Source: Bdellovibrionales bacterium GWB1_55_8 (GTDB taxonomy: Bacteria; Bdellovibrionota; UBA1018). From it: a DNA stretch of 64,000 nucleotides. A program made the position numbers and the translations under genes. The notes under the pieces were generated by a model. The model was not told the DNA's origin. It saw only the letters and a list, made by a program, of their open reading frames with translations, and made no database searches. Of this stretch, positions 19,598-29,823 are shown one piece after another. Location of the stretch: contig MEPR01000073.1 of assembly GCA_001769835.1 (NCBI GenBank), forward strand, positions 1,112 through 65,111. The letters are read 5' to 3'. How positions within the stretch are numbered: the first letter of the stretch is position 1; each line of letters starts with the position of its first letter.

Positions 19598-20314
19598 TTA
19601 AGATTCAGCGAGCAATTCCTGAGCGCCGAGACTGATGCCCTGCAGGGAGAAACTGCGGCGATGAATGGGGCTCGTGCCGAGCTTTCCGAGCGCTGCCGAA
19701 TGTTCGGCCGTGGCGTAGCCTTTGTGTGCTCCGAAGCCGTAGCCAGGATGCAGGGAATCAAGCTCAACCATATGCTGATCGCGCCAGACCTTGGCCACGA
19801 TGGAAGCTGCGGCGATACTCAAGGATTTCAGGTCGCCTTGTATGATGGCTGTCGAATCACAGCTCAGACCGGGCGGTTTGAATTTTCCGTCGACCAGGAC
19901 ATGCGCGGGTTCCAGATTAAGATTTTCCACCGCTCGTTTCATCGCCAGGTGGGATGCATGAAAGATATTAATCTCGTCAATTTCGGCGACGCTTGCGACT
20001 CCCAGCGCCCAGGCACCCGCCCAGGATTGAATTTTTCCTGACAGCTCTTCGCGGAGCGCCGCTCTCACCCGTTTGCTATCGGTGATGTCCTCTATCCAGG
20101 GACAGCTCTTCTTGTCGATCTTCTCAGGCAAAATGACAGCCGCGGCAACGACTGGCCCGGCCAGGCAACCGCGGCCGACCTCGTCCACCCCGGCCACGAC
20201 GATTCGCGGGTGCCCTTGTTTGAGCTCCCACTCCAGAGTGGGGCGCCCCAAAGTAACGCGCCGACGCGGGTGATCCGAAGATCCCCCTGCGTCGGCGCTT
20301 TTTTTCGAACGCAC
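19598..20314 (-). CDS. rnhB: Ribonuclease HII
   Basis: AGVDEVGRGCLAGPV, DSK, IAAASIVAKV.RD, HKGY and HRRSF motifs. Confidence 0.97.
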   Translation of the reverse strand: MRSKKSADAGGSSDHPRRRVTLGRPTLEWELKQGHPRIVVAGVDEVGRGCLAGPVVAAAVILPEKIDKKSCPWIEDITDSKRVRAALREELSGKIQSWAGAWALGVASVAEIDEINIFHASHLAMKRAVENLNLEPAHVLVDGKFKPPGLSCDSTAIIQGDLKSLSIAAASIVAKVWRDQHMVELDSLHPGYGFGAHKGYATAEHSAALGKLGTSPIHRRSFSLQGISLGAQELLAES

Positions 20315-20337
20315 GTCGAAAATTCCCCGTGCGATGA

Positions 20338-20817
20338 TTACTTGGTCTTGGCTGCAGGCTTCTGGGCGGCTGTTTTCGCAGCTGCCTTCTGGGCTGCTGA
20401 AGCCTGCGTCTCGACATCACGCTCGATACGAGCGGCTTTTCCTTCGAGTTCGCGGATGTAATAGAGCTTCGCGCGGCGCACTTTACCGGACTGCACCACT
20501 TCGAGCTTGGCTACCTTCGGTGAGGCTTCCAGGAACTTGCGCTCGACGCCTACCCCATGGGAGACCTTGCGAACACAGAAAGACTTGCTCGCGCCCTTAT
20601 TGTAGAGCCCGATCACGGTTCCTTCGAAAATCTGAATACGTTCTTTTTCACCTTCTTTGATGCGAACGTGAACTTTAACGGTATCGCCGGCTTTATATTG
20701 CGGGAAATCCGTGCGCAGCATGGACTTTTCGACCAGCGCGACTTTGTCCGCCATGCCCTTCTGATTCATCTGAAGGCCCTTGGACGTTTTTCTGTACTTC
20801 TGTTTGGTACCTGCCAT
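20338..20817 (-). CDS. rplS: 50S ribosomal protein L19
   Basis: [29 protein letters not shown] and [12 protein letters not shown] motifs. GGAG RBS before ATG 20817. Confidence 0.97.
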   Translation of the reverse strand: MAGTKQKYRKTSKGLQMNQKGMADKVALVEKSMLRTDFPQYKAGDTVKVHVRIKEGEKERIQIFEGTVIGLYNKGASKSFCVRKVSHGVGVERKFLEASPKVAKLEVVQSGKVRRAKLYYIRELEGKAARIERDVETQASAAQKAAAKTAAQKPAAKTK

Positions 20818-20894
20818 TTTCAACTCCGATTTCAAAATACTTTGAACATCTGACTGTTGTCACGAATTCGCACTTCAAGCGCTCATTCGCCGGT

Positions 20895-21530
20895 TTACAG
20901 TCCGAACAGCCGATCGAGAATAATCGCGACAGCGGAACGAACAGAGAGGTGATTATAACCTCCATTACCTTCAGGCCCGTACACCGGAGCCAGAATCCGG
21001 TGCACCTCGGGATAAAAGGTATCCGATACTCCCCAGCCGGTGCCAAAAACCAGTACGACTGGTTTAGGGTTCCCGCCTGAGTGCCTCCGCTCTTCGAGTT
21101 CGCGCCGGTAATCGGCGTATGAAATCGACTTCGGAAGCGGCCTTGCATCGGTCAGCACCACTTCAGGGTCCTGGCCGTGCTTGGCACGAATTGCGGCTTT
21201 CACATCTTCAAACGTACTCACCAGCCGGACCAGTGAAACCGCCTCAACGCGATCCGGATGCTGCTTCCTGGACTCTTCCGTGCGCCAATGCGCCAGGATT
21301 CGCCCTACGAGTTCGTGCTGATCGAGAATCGGAGTGACCAGGAAATATCCCTGAGCCCCGTAGGTCCGAGCCGAACGTGAGATATCGTGGATATCCATGT
21401 TCGTAACGGCCGTGGTCACGATCGCGCCCTTACGGTTCACAATAGGATGATGCAGTAACACGACGTAAACCGGCAAAGAGCGCAAAGACACGAGGCTTAG
21501 GGAAATACCACCGGCCCGTCGATTTTGCAC
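20895..21530 (-). CDS. SPOUT RNA methyltransferase (TM1570/DUF2168-like, TrmD-associated)
   Basis: LHHPIVN, TTAVTNMDIHDISRS, LVFGTGWG and YNHLSVRSA motifs. Start may be GTG 21491. Confidence 0.85.
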   Translation of the reverse strand: MQNRRAGGISLSLVSLRSLPVYVVLLHHPIVNRKGAIVTTAVTNMDIHDISRSARTYGAQGYFLVTPILDQHELVGRILAHWRTEESRKQHPDRVEAVSLVRLVSTFEDVKAAIRAKHGQDPEVVLTDARPLPKSISYADYRRELEERRHSGGNPKPVVLVFGTGWGVSDTFYPEVHRILAPVYGPEGNGGYNHLSVRSAVAIILDRLFGL

Positions 21531-21659
21531 GGGTATTTACGATTCATCACACGGAACAGCCGCATGGCGTCATTTTTAATCTCTCGGGAGCCCCTCGACA
21601 CCCCACTCTAAAATCATTATCTTTTATACCAATCAGCTTAAACCCAGGGTGTCTGCCTC

Positions 21660-22823
21660 ATGAACTTCAAAAAAATCGCTTCCAGGAACGTATTAGCCGC
21701 CTCTTTATTCTCCCTGATCGCGCTCATGATGTCTGCTTCGGCCTATGCCGACGACGCCTGGGTGCTTCCCGGCGGGGTTTTCCGGCTGATCACGGGCGCC
21801 ACCTTCGTCAACAGCTCTCAGGAGTTCGATGGCAGCGGGGAAAAACACGAACTCGGGCCTGAGCTATCGCAGAAAGTACTTCAGACCGGTTTGAGTCTGG
21901 GACTTCCCTGGAGCACGTTGAATCCTGAAATCCACATGAAGACCGCTATTTTCAGGCAGGATTTCGCGATCGAATACGGACTAACAGATCTCATGAGCCT
22001 ATCCGTGCAGCTCCCGCTTTATTTCAATGCGGATGTCACGGCCACGTCCAACGAGGATATGAAAACCGCCCTAACCACCTTAAATTCAGCAATGGGCCCT
22101 GGCAAAGTAGGAGAGCTTTTTCAGAAACGGTCTCAGAACGGAAAAAAATCCGGAACCCTGGGAGACGTTCTCCTGGGCGGGAAATACCAGTTCCTGAACT
22201 CAGGATCCTCACCCACGAGTAACGATGCAGAGACGCTCAGGGCCGCAGCCGCCCTCGGCTTGAAGTTACCGACCGGCAGCACGGCAAGCCCGAACACGAA
22301 TGACATCTCGACCACCACCGCCTCTGACACGCAGTCCTGGATCTTGGGCGCAAGGACCTACTGGGATTATCAGTTCACGCGCAGTTTTTACCTGAACCTC
22401 TACACGGAGCACGAGTATCGCCTCCCCGGCAGCCGGAAATACCTGTACACCAACGAACTCACGGGCGACTACAGCGTCCTCGACACGACCTTTAAACCGG
22501 GCTTCTATAATCACCTGGAGCTCGACTTCGCGTTTTCCCCGGAGCTCATGACCGATCTGAGTCTTGAAACAGGAATTCGATTCACAGGGGACTACACCGC
22601 CGCAGGCAAATACACCAAAGCCCCTGAAGCATTTTCTTCGATCGCCGGCGAAACAACAAAAGGCTCCGCCGAGTACAACGTAATCCCTTATCTCGGCGTC
22701 TTCTACACGGGGTCACCGCTTCCACTTAAACTGAAAGTTGTTTATTATCAGCCCGCAGCAGGCGAAAACACCTATGTACTGAGCGGGCTTTCAACGGTGC
22801 TCCAGGCCTATATGAAATTCTGA
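21660..22823 (+). CDS. Putative outer-membrane beta-barrel protein
   Basis: Signal peptide, amphipathic strands, LGDVLLGGKYQF and LGLKLPTG motifs reminiscent of COG4313-type channels, C-terminal Phe. Confidence 0.6.
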   Translation: MNFKKIASRNVLAASLFSLIALMMSASAYADDAWVLPGGVFRLITGATFVNSSQEFDGSGEKHELGPELSQKVLQTGLSLGLPWSTLNPEIHMKTAIFRQDFAIEYGLTDLMSLSVQLPLYFNADVTATSNEDMKTALTTLNSAMGPGKVGELFQKRSQNGKKSGTLGDVLLGGKYQFLNSGSSPTSNDAETLRAAAALGLKLPTGSTASPNTNDISTTTASDTQSWILGARTYWDYQFTRSFYLNLYTEHEYRLPGSRKYLYTNELTGDYSVLDTTFKPGFYNHLELDFAFSPELMTDLSLETGIRFTGDYTAAGKYTKAPEAFSSIAGETTKGSAEYNVIPYLGVFYTGSPLPLKLKVVYYQPAAGENTYVLSGLSTVLQAYMKF

Positions 22824-22834
22824 TAAGGGCGATC

Positions 22835-24787
22835 ATGCGAAAAAAGCATTTTCTTCGAAGAATTCTGCTTTTAATCGCATTTTGCACAACACCCGTTTCA
22901 GCTGCAGAGCTCGCAGCATCGCCGACCGCCTTGCCTCTTTCGCCCGAGGTCGACAGCATCTCATTGGATGCCCTTGCCGAAAGCTGGGTGGAGTCAGACC
23001 TGAATCTAAAGGAACCGATCACGGCAGAGACGTTTCTGCCTTCGTCCGCTCCGCAGGGGCTTCCTTTACCCAGGATCGGCGGAACGCGGTTCAGCTACTC
23101 GAATTCAAACATCTGGATTCGCTTTCAGGTCGAAAACAGGAACCACACGGATACCGAGTGGGATCTCGTGGTTCGCCCGCCTCACATCACGTTCATCGAG
23201 TTCTATCAGTTCGACGCAGAATCCAAGCGGCGCCTGTCCCAATCCCATTTTTCACTTAAACAGGTGACAGCGGGCGACAACGGTCCGAATTTCCCCTTAC
23301 ACCTGGCACAAGGAAAAGCTTCAATCATCATTCTCAAGCTGGAAGCCGCGAGCGACCTCGGTTTCCAGCTCGTCACGCGAAAAGCGAACTTCAATCAGGT
23401 CCTTCGCAAGCGCATGGCCCATGGCATCTACTATGGCATCGCGATCGCCATGATTCTTTACAACCTGTTCATCTGGTTTTCGATTCGTGAACGACCCTAT
23501 ATCTACTACATCTTTTTCCTTCTATCTTTCGCGCTCACAGTCGGGATACTCGATGGCTGGGTTCCCCTCGGACGTTATTTGACTTTCACCGCCCTCATGA
23601 CGGTGTTCTGGGCCTCGCTCTTCACTCGAAATCTTCTTGAGACCAGGACCCGCCTTCCGCTTGCGGATACCCTCTTTCGCGCAATCACGGTTCTCAGCGG
23701 GACGATTTCATTTGTGATCCTGCTGCCGTTTTATCCGAAAATAGCGCCTCCCTTTGAATACCTGGGCGACATACTCATCGTCCTTTACATCCTGACAGCG
23801 CTTCTCACCTCGGCCTGGCTCGCGAAAAATGGCGTTCGAGCCGCGAAGTTCCTGACATTGGCCTGGTCGATGATGCTGCTCCTGATCGCGATGTACTTTC
23901 TGGCCATTTACGGAATGATCACGCCGCCCGTGGCAGCACCGGAGCTGGTCCAGATCGGGTCCGCACTGGAAATGATCCTTCTCTCGTTCGCGCTCGCCGA
24001 CAAAATCAAGACTCTGCGCCTGGAAAACGCAATTGCGAATGAAAAAGCGCAGAAATCAGAGCAGCTGAAGAAGCTCGTGCACATCATCTGTCACGATCTC
24101 GCGAACCCGCTCACCGCTATTCTCAACAATCTCGCCCTCCGAAAAAGGAAAGGCGAAAAAGGGTGGGAACCGATAGAAAGAGCAGCCAACCACCAGAAGG
24201 AAATCTTGGAACAGATCAGGGATCTGGAAGCCATCGAGTCAGGGAAACTCGTATTCAACATGCAACCGGTTTCCGTCCGCGACACCCTGGAAGAAATGCG
24301 TTCATCGTTCAGCAGCCAGCTCGAGGACAAAAATGTCGCCCTGTACATTCAATATGAGTTCACCACCGAAAACCCCTTCGTACTCTGCGATCCGGTAGCA
24401 TTTCACCACACGATTCTGAGCAATCTGATCTCCAATGCCATCAAGTTCTCATTCAAGGACAGCAAGATCACGGTGCTGGGGCGAGAAACGGACACTGAAA
24501 TTGAACTTTGCGTCGAAGACCGCGGCATAGGAATTCCAAAACACATCCGCGCGGTCCTGTTTTCCACGACAGCCATCACCTCACGCCTCGGCACCTTCGG
24601 CGAAAAAGGCACCGGCTTCGGAATGCCGCTGGTGCATTCCGTACTGAAGGCGATGAACGGCTCGATTGAAGTCGAGAGCCGATGCGCGGAAGAGGGTTAC
24701 AAGTGCTCCGGCACGAAGGTCACGGTGAGACTCCAAAAAGTGCAGGATATCGCGCTCGCAAATCTCCTCACTCAGGAAGTCATCTGA
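22835..24787 (+). CDS. 7TM-DISM sensor histidine kinase
   Basis: Signal peptide, DISMED2-like WIRFQVEN, seven TM helices (YNLFIW..IRE..YIYY, EMILLSFALADK), H-box CHDLANP, NLISNAIKFS and GTGFGM. Confidence 0.88.
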   Translation: MRKKHFLRRILLLIAFCTTPVSAAELAASPTALPLSPEVDSISLDALAESWVESDLNLKEPITAETFLPSSAPQGLPLPRIGGTRFSYSNSNIWIRFQVENRNHTDTEWDLVVRPPHITFIEFYQFDAESKRRLSQSHFSLKQVTAGDNGPNFPLHLAQGKASIIILKLEAASDLGFQLVTRKANFNQVLRKRMAHGIYYGIAIAMILYNLFIWFSIRERPYIYYIFFLLSFALTVGILDGWVPLGRYLTFTALMTVFWASLFTRNLLETRTRLPLADTLFRAITVLSGTISFVILLPFYPKIAPPFEYLGDILIVLYILTALLTSAWLAKNGVRAAKFLTLAWSMMLLLIAMYFLAIYGMITPPVAAPELVQIGSALEMILLSFALADKIKTLRLENAIANEKAQKSEQLKKLVHIICHDLANPLTAILNNLALRKRKGEKGWEPIERAANHQKEILEQIRDLEAIESGKLVFNMQPVSVRDTLEEMRSSFSSQLEDKNVALYIQYEFTTENPFVLCDPVAFHHTILSNLISNAIKFSFKDSKITVLGRETDTEIELCVEDRGIGIPKHIRAVLFSTTAITSRLGTFGEKGTGFGMPLVHSVLKAMNGSIEVESRCAEEGYKCSGTKVTVRLQKVQDIALANLLTQEVI

Positions 24788-24815
24788 AAAAAAAGGCCGC
24801 ACGTGCGTGCGGCCT
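24787..24815 (-). terminator. Intrinsic terminator (U-tract on minus strand)
   Basis: Perfect 9-bp stem AGGCCGCAC/GTGCGGCCT with an A8 run on its left side. Confidence 0.6.
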
Positions 24816-24942
24816 CATGTCAAACATGCTCTTTTGGTTTGCTGTCTGAACCAAAACACGCAAAACCATAACTCATCGACTTTACTCGCGTTTAAACTTA
24901 TTCAATTGATTTTCACTAAAACGGTGAATATGACAAAAATGT

Positions 24943-24970
24943 TAAAGGCGCTGCTCTTTAGGGCCGATGC
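24943..24970 (+). promoter_or_regulatory. sigma28 (FliA)-like promoter upstream of the pilus cluster
   Basis: TAAA-N16-GCCGATGC versus consensus TAAA-N15-GCCGATAA. Confidence 0.45.
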
Positions 24971-25025
24971 GGAGTTCAGTGGATCAATCCTGATCTTGAA
25001 CTTTTTGACTCTCAAGGAGCGCATG

Positions 25026-25508
25026 ATGAAAAAAATTCTGACACTCAGCATGGCCTCACTGATTCTGGTGATGTCGTTCTCGACTAAACAGGCAAACGCC
25101 GCAAGCACTACAGCAGATGCGTTACAAACAGTGACGGCCGCGATTTCGATAGCGAAAGTATCGGATTTGGATTTCGGCACAGGAGCACAAGGCGATGGTG
25201 CGAAAGCGGTTGCACCAGGTGCCGCGGAAAACGCGGAAAACGCGAGTTTTACAGTGACCGGCGAAGCAAGTCAGGCTTATACGATTTCGCTGCCTGCTGA
25301 CGGCTCCGTGGTGATGAGCACAGGGGGCGGTGGGACTGCCGATACCGAAATCGGAGTCGAGGGTTTTACGTCTTTTCCGGATACGACCGGCACGCTGGGT
25401 GCCGGCGGCACTGAAACCCTTTACGTCGGTGCCACTCGCGACGCTCTTCGCGCCACCCAAACGCCAGGTAGCTACAGCGGCGTCTTCACCGTTACCGTGG
25501 TTTACTAA
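25026..25508 (+). CDS. DUF4402-like fimbrial subunit 1 (probable major pilin)
   Basis: AAGGAG RBS, signal peptide, ISI...LDFG, ASFTVTG, LYVGA and C-terminal YSGVFTVTVVY. Confidence 0.75.
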   Translation: MKKILTLSMASLILVMSFSTKQANAASTTADALQTVTAAISIAKVSDLDFGTGAQGDGAKAVAPGAAENAENASFTVTGEASQAYTISLPADGSVVMSTGGGGTADTEIGVEGFTSFPDTTGTLGAGGTETLYVGATRDALRATQTPGSYSGVFTVTVVY

Positions 25509-25601
25509 ACTGATTTCGATAATCATACGCTCAAAGAGCCAGTGCCTCTGGGAAGGAACTGGCTCTTGTTTTTTCCAACATCGTCAAGCCATCATATCCG
25601 G

Positions 25602-26420
25602 ATGAGCACCTGCAAAAATTCGATCTACTGCTGTTTAGTCGGCGTCATGAGCCTTTTCGCGCTCACGCAACCGTGTTCTGCGAACCTTCAGGTATTCCCG
25701 ACACGAGTCGTTCTCACCGATCAGAAGAAAAACGGCTCGCTTTCCATGCGCCACATCGGACCCAAGATGGAGCGGTACCGAATCTCAGCGGTGTTTTACC
25801 AGATGAAGCCTGATGGAAGCATGTCGCTTCTGAAGGACGGACGGTCCGAGCCCACATCGCTGGTCCAACATCTGAGATTCAGTCCTCGTGAAGTCGTTCT
25901 TCAGCCCGGAACGGAACAGGTACTGCGACTCATGCTTCATCCGCGGAAGCGCCTGCCTGATGGGGATTATCGCGCTCACATCTATTTCGAACCCGCGGAT
26001 TCCGCTGAACAGGAGGGCACCGCTCCCTCTGCTGCAAACGGGGCCATGCAGCTCCGAGCGAAAATTGCGGTCGCAATCCCCGTGATCCTGAGGGGCAATG
26101 CTACTGCCAAACCGGCGATCGAGAATCTTCAACTTGTCAGAAAGCCAAAAGCCGCTCCTGAGTTCACCGCGAATCTGGTGCGTATCGGGTCAGGATTCCT
26201 GTTTGGCGACCTCCACTTGTTTTTCACTCCTGCGGGTGGCGCAGAAGAGTCCGTCGGAACCATTCTCGGGCTCTCCTCTTACATCGATTCACGAACCATC
26301 CGGTTTCCGGTTTCGGCCGATGCCGACAAATTACGGAATGGAAAGTTTCGGGTGGAATTCCGTTCTCCCACCGCTGAAGGAGGGGGCGTTCAGGCGCACT
26401 CCGAAATCAGTCTCCTTTAA
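25602..26420 (+). CDS. Periplasmic fimbrial chaperone (PapD/EcpB-like)
   Basis: Signal peptide, VFPTRVVL, FSPREVVLQPG.EQVLRL, LPDGDYRAHIYF and AIPVIL. Start uncertain. Confidence 0.8.
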   Translation: MSTCKNSIYCCLVGVMSLFALTQPCSANLQVFPTRVVLTDQKKNGSLSMRHIGPKMERYRISAVFYQMKPDGSMSLLKDGRSEPTSLVQHLRFSPREVVLQPGTEQVLRLMLHPRKRLPDGDYRAHIYFEPADSAEQEGTAPSAANGAMQLRAKIAVAIPVILRGNATAKPAIENLQLVRKPKAAPEFTANLVRIGSGFLFGDLHLFFTPAGGAEESVGTILGLSSYIDSRTIRFPVSADADKLRNGKFRVEFRSPTAEGGGVQAHSEISLL

Positions 26421-26512
26421 TTGACCCCCGGAAAAACGTCCTGCAGGCGCTAGTTATAAACCATTGAATCAAAACAGAAATCTTCTTCACAGACAGTTTT
26501 AAATTCAACGAT

Positions 26513-26540
26513 TTGACGCAATGCATTAGCTTGCTAAACT
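26513..26540 (+). promoter_or_regulatory. Internal sigma70-like promoter
   Basis: TTGACG-N16-TAAACT with an extended -10 TG, in an AT-rich gap. Confidence 0.35.
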
Positions 26541-26586
26541 AATTCTACAGACGAAGCTCGTCTCTGACCGTCGTGTGGAACGTTGA

Positions 26587-27093
26587 ATGAAACTTGTTTA
26601 TAAAAACTTTTCTCATCGCGTAAACGCCGCAGTGCCATTCCTGATGCTGGCATTCGCCTCGTCGCATATGCCAGCAGCCTACTCAGCCTCGAGCGTCGCC
26701 ACCTGCACACAGACTGTGACACCAGCGATTTCAATTCAGAACATCTCGGGATTGGACTTCGGCTCGGCGTCCGCCGGGACCCAGGCTCTGCTTATTGACT
26801 CAGGCACTGAGGAAGACGCCAGGAACGCCAGCTTCATTGTAAGCGGCGAACCACGGCGCTCATACTCCATCACGCTTCCGGAAGATGGCGTCGTTGAAAT
26901 GACATTGAGTGAGGCAAAAGGGCCTCAGTCGCAAATCGGTGTAAATGGATTTCGCTCCTATCCGTCTGGCGCGGGAATCATTGGAAGCGAAGGGAATCAG
27001 CTGCTGCTTGTCGGAGCCAGCCGTGATCCCTTGGACAAGGATCAACTACCGGGGTTTTACAGCGGCTCCTTCACCGTCACCGTTGTTTACTGA
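26587..27093 (+). CDS. DUF4402-like fimbrial subunit 2
   Basis: Paralogue of 25026: QTVT.AISI, LDFG, NASF.V.GE and YSGSFTVTVVY. Confidence 0.75.
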   Translation: MKLVYKNFSHRVNAAVPFLMLAFASSHMPAAYSASSVATCTQTVTPAISIQNISGLDFGSASAGTQALLIDSGTEEDARNASFIVSGEPRRSYSITLPEDGVVEMTLSEAKGPQSQIGVNGFRSYPSGAGIIGSEGNQLLLVGASRDPLDKDQLPGFYSGSFTVTVVY

Positions 27094-27133
27094 GCTGACA
27101 GCGGTCAACTAAGCCGTTAGCATTCGATACAGA

Positions 27134-29803
27134 GTGTTGAATAGATGGACGAAGGCTGTTGGCATTGGCAGCTCGCGGTTAAAGCGCACCTGGATAGGTG
27201 CGCTGATCGTCCTTGTCTGTGCATTCTGCAGACCACCCTGGCAAGACGCTTCTGCCGGTCACTCTCCTATCGCTGAAGAAAATGAACGTATTTTCGAGGT
27301 CATTCTCAATGATGGAACCCCACTGAGCGAGGGGATTCTAGGCTACCAGGTGTCCGGAGGCTGGCTCCTTCCGATCGGAGAGCTTTCCGTCGCGCTGGGT
27401 TTTGGCATCAATGTATCGCCATCACTGGGTCTCGCGGAAGGATTCATTATCACTGAGGAGCGCCGGTTGCGAATCGACCTCAAGGCTTGTACCGCTGAGA
27501 TCCACGGCCAAGTGCGTTCATTTCGCGCTCCCGACGGAAGCTGTAACGGCGCCTACACCACGGCGGAAGATCTTCTGATCGAAGCGCAACACTGGTCGCA
27601 GTGGTTTCCTCTGGAGCTTGTCGTTGATTCTTTCCGCAGCCGAATCATTATCACTCCGAAGGAAACCCTTCCCATTCAACGAAAAAAGATGCGCGCGGAT
27701 CTTCCAGGGAATGTTCGCGCAGGTTCAGCGAGCGATCCGGGATATCCCGAAATTCCGGACCGCGTCTCGCCGCTTTCCGGACCGTTCCTGGATCAACAGC
27801 TCTCTTTGCAGCGCGTCGCCAACAAAGCCAACACGGCAGACGATTTTCAAAGCGATACCGTCCTTTCAAGTGAGATTCTGGGCTGGGAAACTCGCGCGTT
27901 TGCCTCATTGGGCAAGTCAGCATCCAAGTCAGGTCTTCGACACGGCAGATTGAGCATGGCCCAGAAGCGTGCGGACGGAGGACTGCTGGGGCCAATGGAT
28001 GCGACCAGAATAGAATTGCTTGATGTATCGCTTCCACAGCTATCCCTCATATCGCCCACACAGGAAGGGCGCGGACTCGTGATTTCCAACTACCCGCTGG
28101 ATTACGTCGATCTTTTCGGAACCAGAGACTTCCAGGGGAATGCACTGCCCGGATGGGAGGTCGAACTCTACCAGAACAACGTGCTGTTGAGCCGGCAGGA
28201 AATCGGCGAAAACGGCCGCTACGACTTCCGGGACATTCCTCTTTACTATGGATCCAATCAGTTTCGCCTGGAGTTCCTCGGGCCTCAGGGCCAGGTGCGA
28301 ACGGAGTACCGGAACCTGCGAATCGACACCTCGCACGTGAAGCCGGATCAACGCAATTACGTGATAGCGTTGGGCGTGCGCGATTTGGCGCCCCATTACT
28401 CCGCCCGCTTCGAGCAGAGCATCGCTGACGCCATATCGGTTTCCGCGGGCTTGGCACAGTTGCAGCTGACGGAATTAGGCCGGCAGGATCAGTTTGCGCA
28501 GCTGGGAGTGACGGGATTCGCGGAAAACCTGCTATTATCCAGCTCCGCGGCGCTGTCCAAAAGCGGTGGAAACGCGCTTCAGCTGAAGTCGCAGTTTCCC
28601 TACCGGCGAGCATCGCTATCTATTCGCTACACGCGTCTGAATAACTATTCGAGCGAACTGTTCAACTCGCGTCCGGGCGTAAATCAGATTGATGAGACCC
28701 TCGGAGACATTTCCTTCGTGGTTCCGGTGAATCCTGGCGTGGGAACAACCTGGGAAATCGCGCGAAAACGCTATGCGGAAGACATCTCATCGTTGTCCCT
28801 GCGGAACAGAACTTCCACGAACATCGGAAGGACCTACCTCAACCATGAATTGAGTTATAACGGCGGAACCGCTTCGACCGATTCAAGCCTTGCAGGCCGC
28901 CTCGAAGCCACACAGCTTGTCAGGCGTCAACAACTCAGGCTCGGACTGAACTATACTTCCACGGGACTTCAATTCACCGACGCTGAAATTCAAATGCGAC
29001 ACCGGAATTTCGCCTCATCGGCTCAGCTCCGTTATTACTTCGATGGGAGCGCGGCGCAGCTTCACGCAAGCGTCTCCAGGATTTTCCCGGGCGCGACCCT
29101 GGGAGGACAGCTTTCGGCGGATGCAACCGGTGCCTACAGCGTCGCAGGCCTGGTGTCTTTCAGCATTGCACGAGATCCGCTGGCCCGTCGCTGGCAAATC
29201 CACCCCGAACCCCAGGCGGAATTCGGCGCCGCTTCCATACGGACTTTCATCGATAACAACCGCAATGGTGTGATGGATGGCACAGATCGCCCGGCCCCGG
29301 AAATCAGGCTGCGTTTGCACCAGCGGAATGAGATGCTCACCACGGACCAGCAAGGCCTCGCGTTCCTTGCGAGACTTCAGCCGCATACGCCCATGGATCT
29401 GTCCATTGATCAGGACTCACTCGTGAACCCGCTCATTCGCTCAGCTTCAGACGGTGTTCGTCTCATCCCCAAAGCAGGAAAAACAACTGAGATCTGGTGG
29501 CCTCTGATCACGAACGGCGAGATCGACGGCGTCGTGGAACTGAAGAATGGAAATGAATTGAATTTACTGAACGGCATGACAGTTCATCTGATCGATTCGC
29601 GAGGTACGGTTCTCATGAAAACGCGGACTGATCGCGGAGGGACTTTCTTTTTCAGTTCGATTCCACCAGGCACTTACCAAGTGACTCCTTCCTTCACGGA
29701 ACTCTTTGAGAAACAACTCCATTCGAAACCATTGCAACGTCAGGTCGTCATCCCGTCCGAAGGCGAAATTGTCAGCGGCACGGATTTCCTTTTAGAGCGC
29801 TGA
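27134..29803 (+). CDS. Usher-like outer-membrane protein with C-terminal SdrD-B/Cna-B-like domains
   Basis: 889 aa; plug-like LPGWEVELYQN...GRYDFRDIPLYYGSN...GPQGQ, amphipathic strands, FIDNNRNG.MD and IPPGTYQV; flanked by chaperone and pilins. Confidence 0.7.
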   Translation: MLNRWTKAVGIGSSRLKRTWIGALIVLVCAFCRPPWQDASAGHSPIAEENERIFEVILNDGTPLSEGILGYQVSGGWLLPIGELSVALGFGINVSPSLGLAEGFIITEERRLRIDLKACTAEIHGQVRSFRAPDGSCNGAYTTAEDLLIEAQHWSQWFPLELVVDSFRSRIIITPKETLPIQRKKMRADLPGNVRAGSASDPGYPEIPDRVSPLSGPFLDQQLSLQRVANKANTADDFQSDTVLSSEILGWETRAFASLGKSASKSGLRHGRLSMAQKRADGGLLGPMDATRIELLDVSLPQLSLISPTQEGRGLVISNYPLDYVDLFGTRDFQGNALPGWEVELYQNNVLLSRQEIGENGRYDFRDIPLYYGSNQFRLEFLGPQGQVRTEYRNLRIDTSHVKPDQRNYVIALGVRDLAPHYSARFEQSIADAISVSAGLAQLQLTELGRQDQFAQLGVTGFAENLLLSSSAALSKSGGNALQLKSQFPYRRASLSIRYTRLNNYSSELFNSRPGVNQIDETLGDISFVVPVNPGVGTTWEIARKRYAEDISSLSLRNRTSTNIGRTYLNHELSYNGGTASTDSSLAGRLEATQLVRRQQLRLGLNYTSTGLQFTDAEIQMRHRNFASSAQLRYYFDGSAAQLHASVSRIFPGATLGGQLSADATGAYSVAGLVSFSIARDPLARRWQIHPEPQAEFGAASIRTFIDNNRNGVMDGTDRPAPEIRLRLHQRNEMLTTDQQGLAFLARLQPHTPMDLSIDQDSLVNPLIRSASDGVRLIPKAGKTTEIWWPLITNGEIDGVVELKNGNELNLLNGMTVHLIDSRGTVLMKTRTDRGGTFFFSSIPPGTYQVTPSFTELFEKQLHSKPLQRQVVIPSEGEIVSGTDFLLER

Positions 29804-29823
29804 AAATCCTGTAAACTCCACCT

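Noticed and set aside
24807-25025. N-terminal extension of pilin 1 in the ORF track
   Set aside because: The RBS and signal peptide place the start at 25023/25026; the upstream part is AT-rich regulatory DNA.
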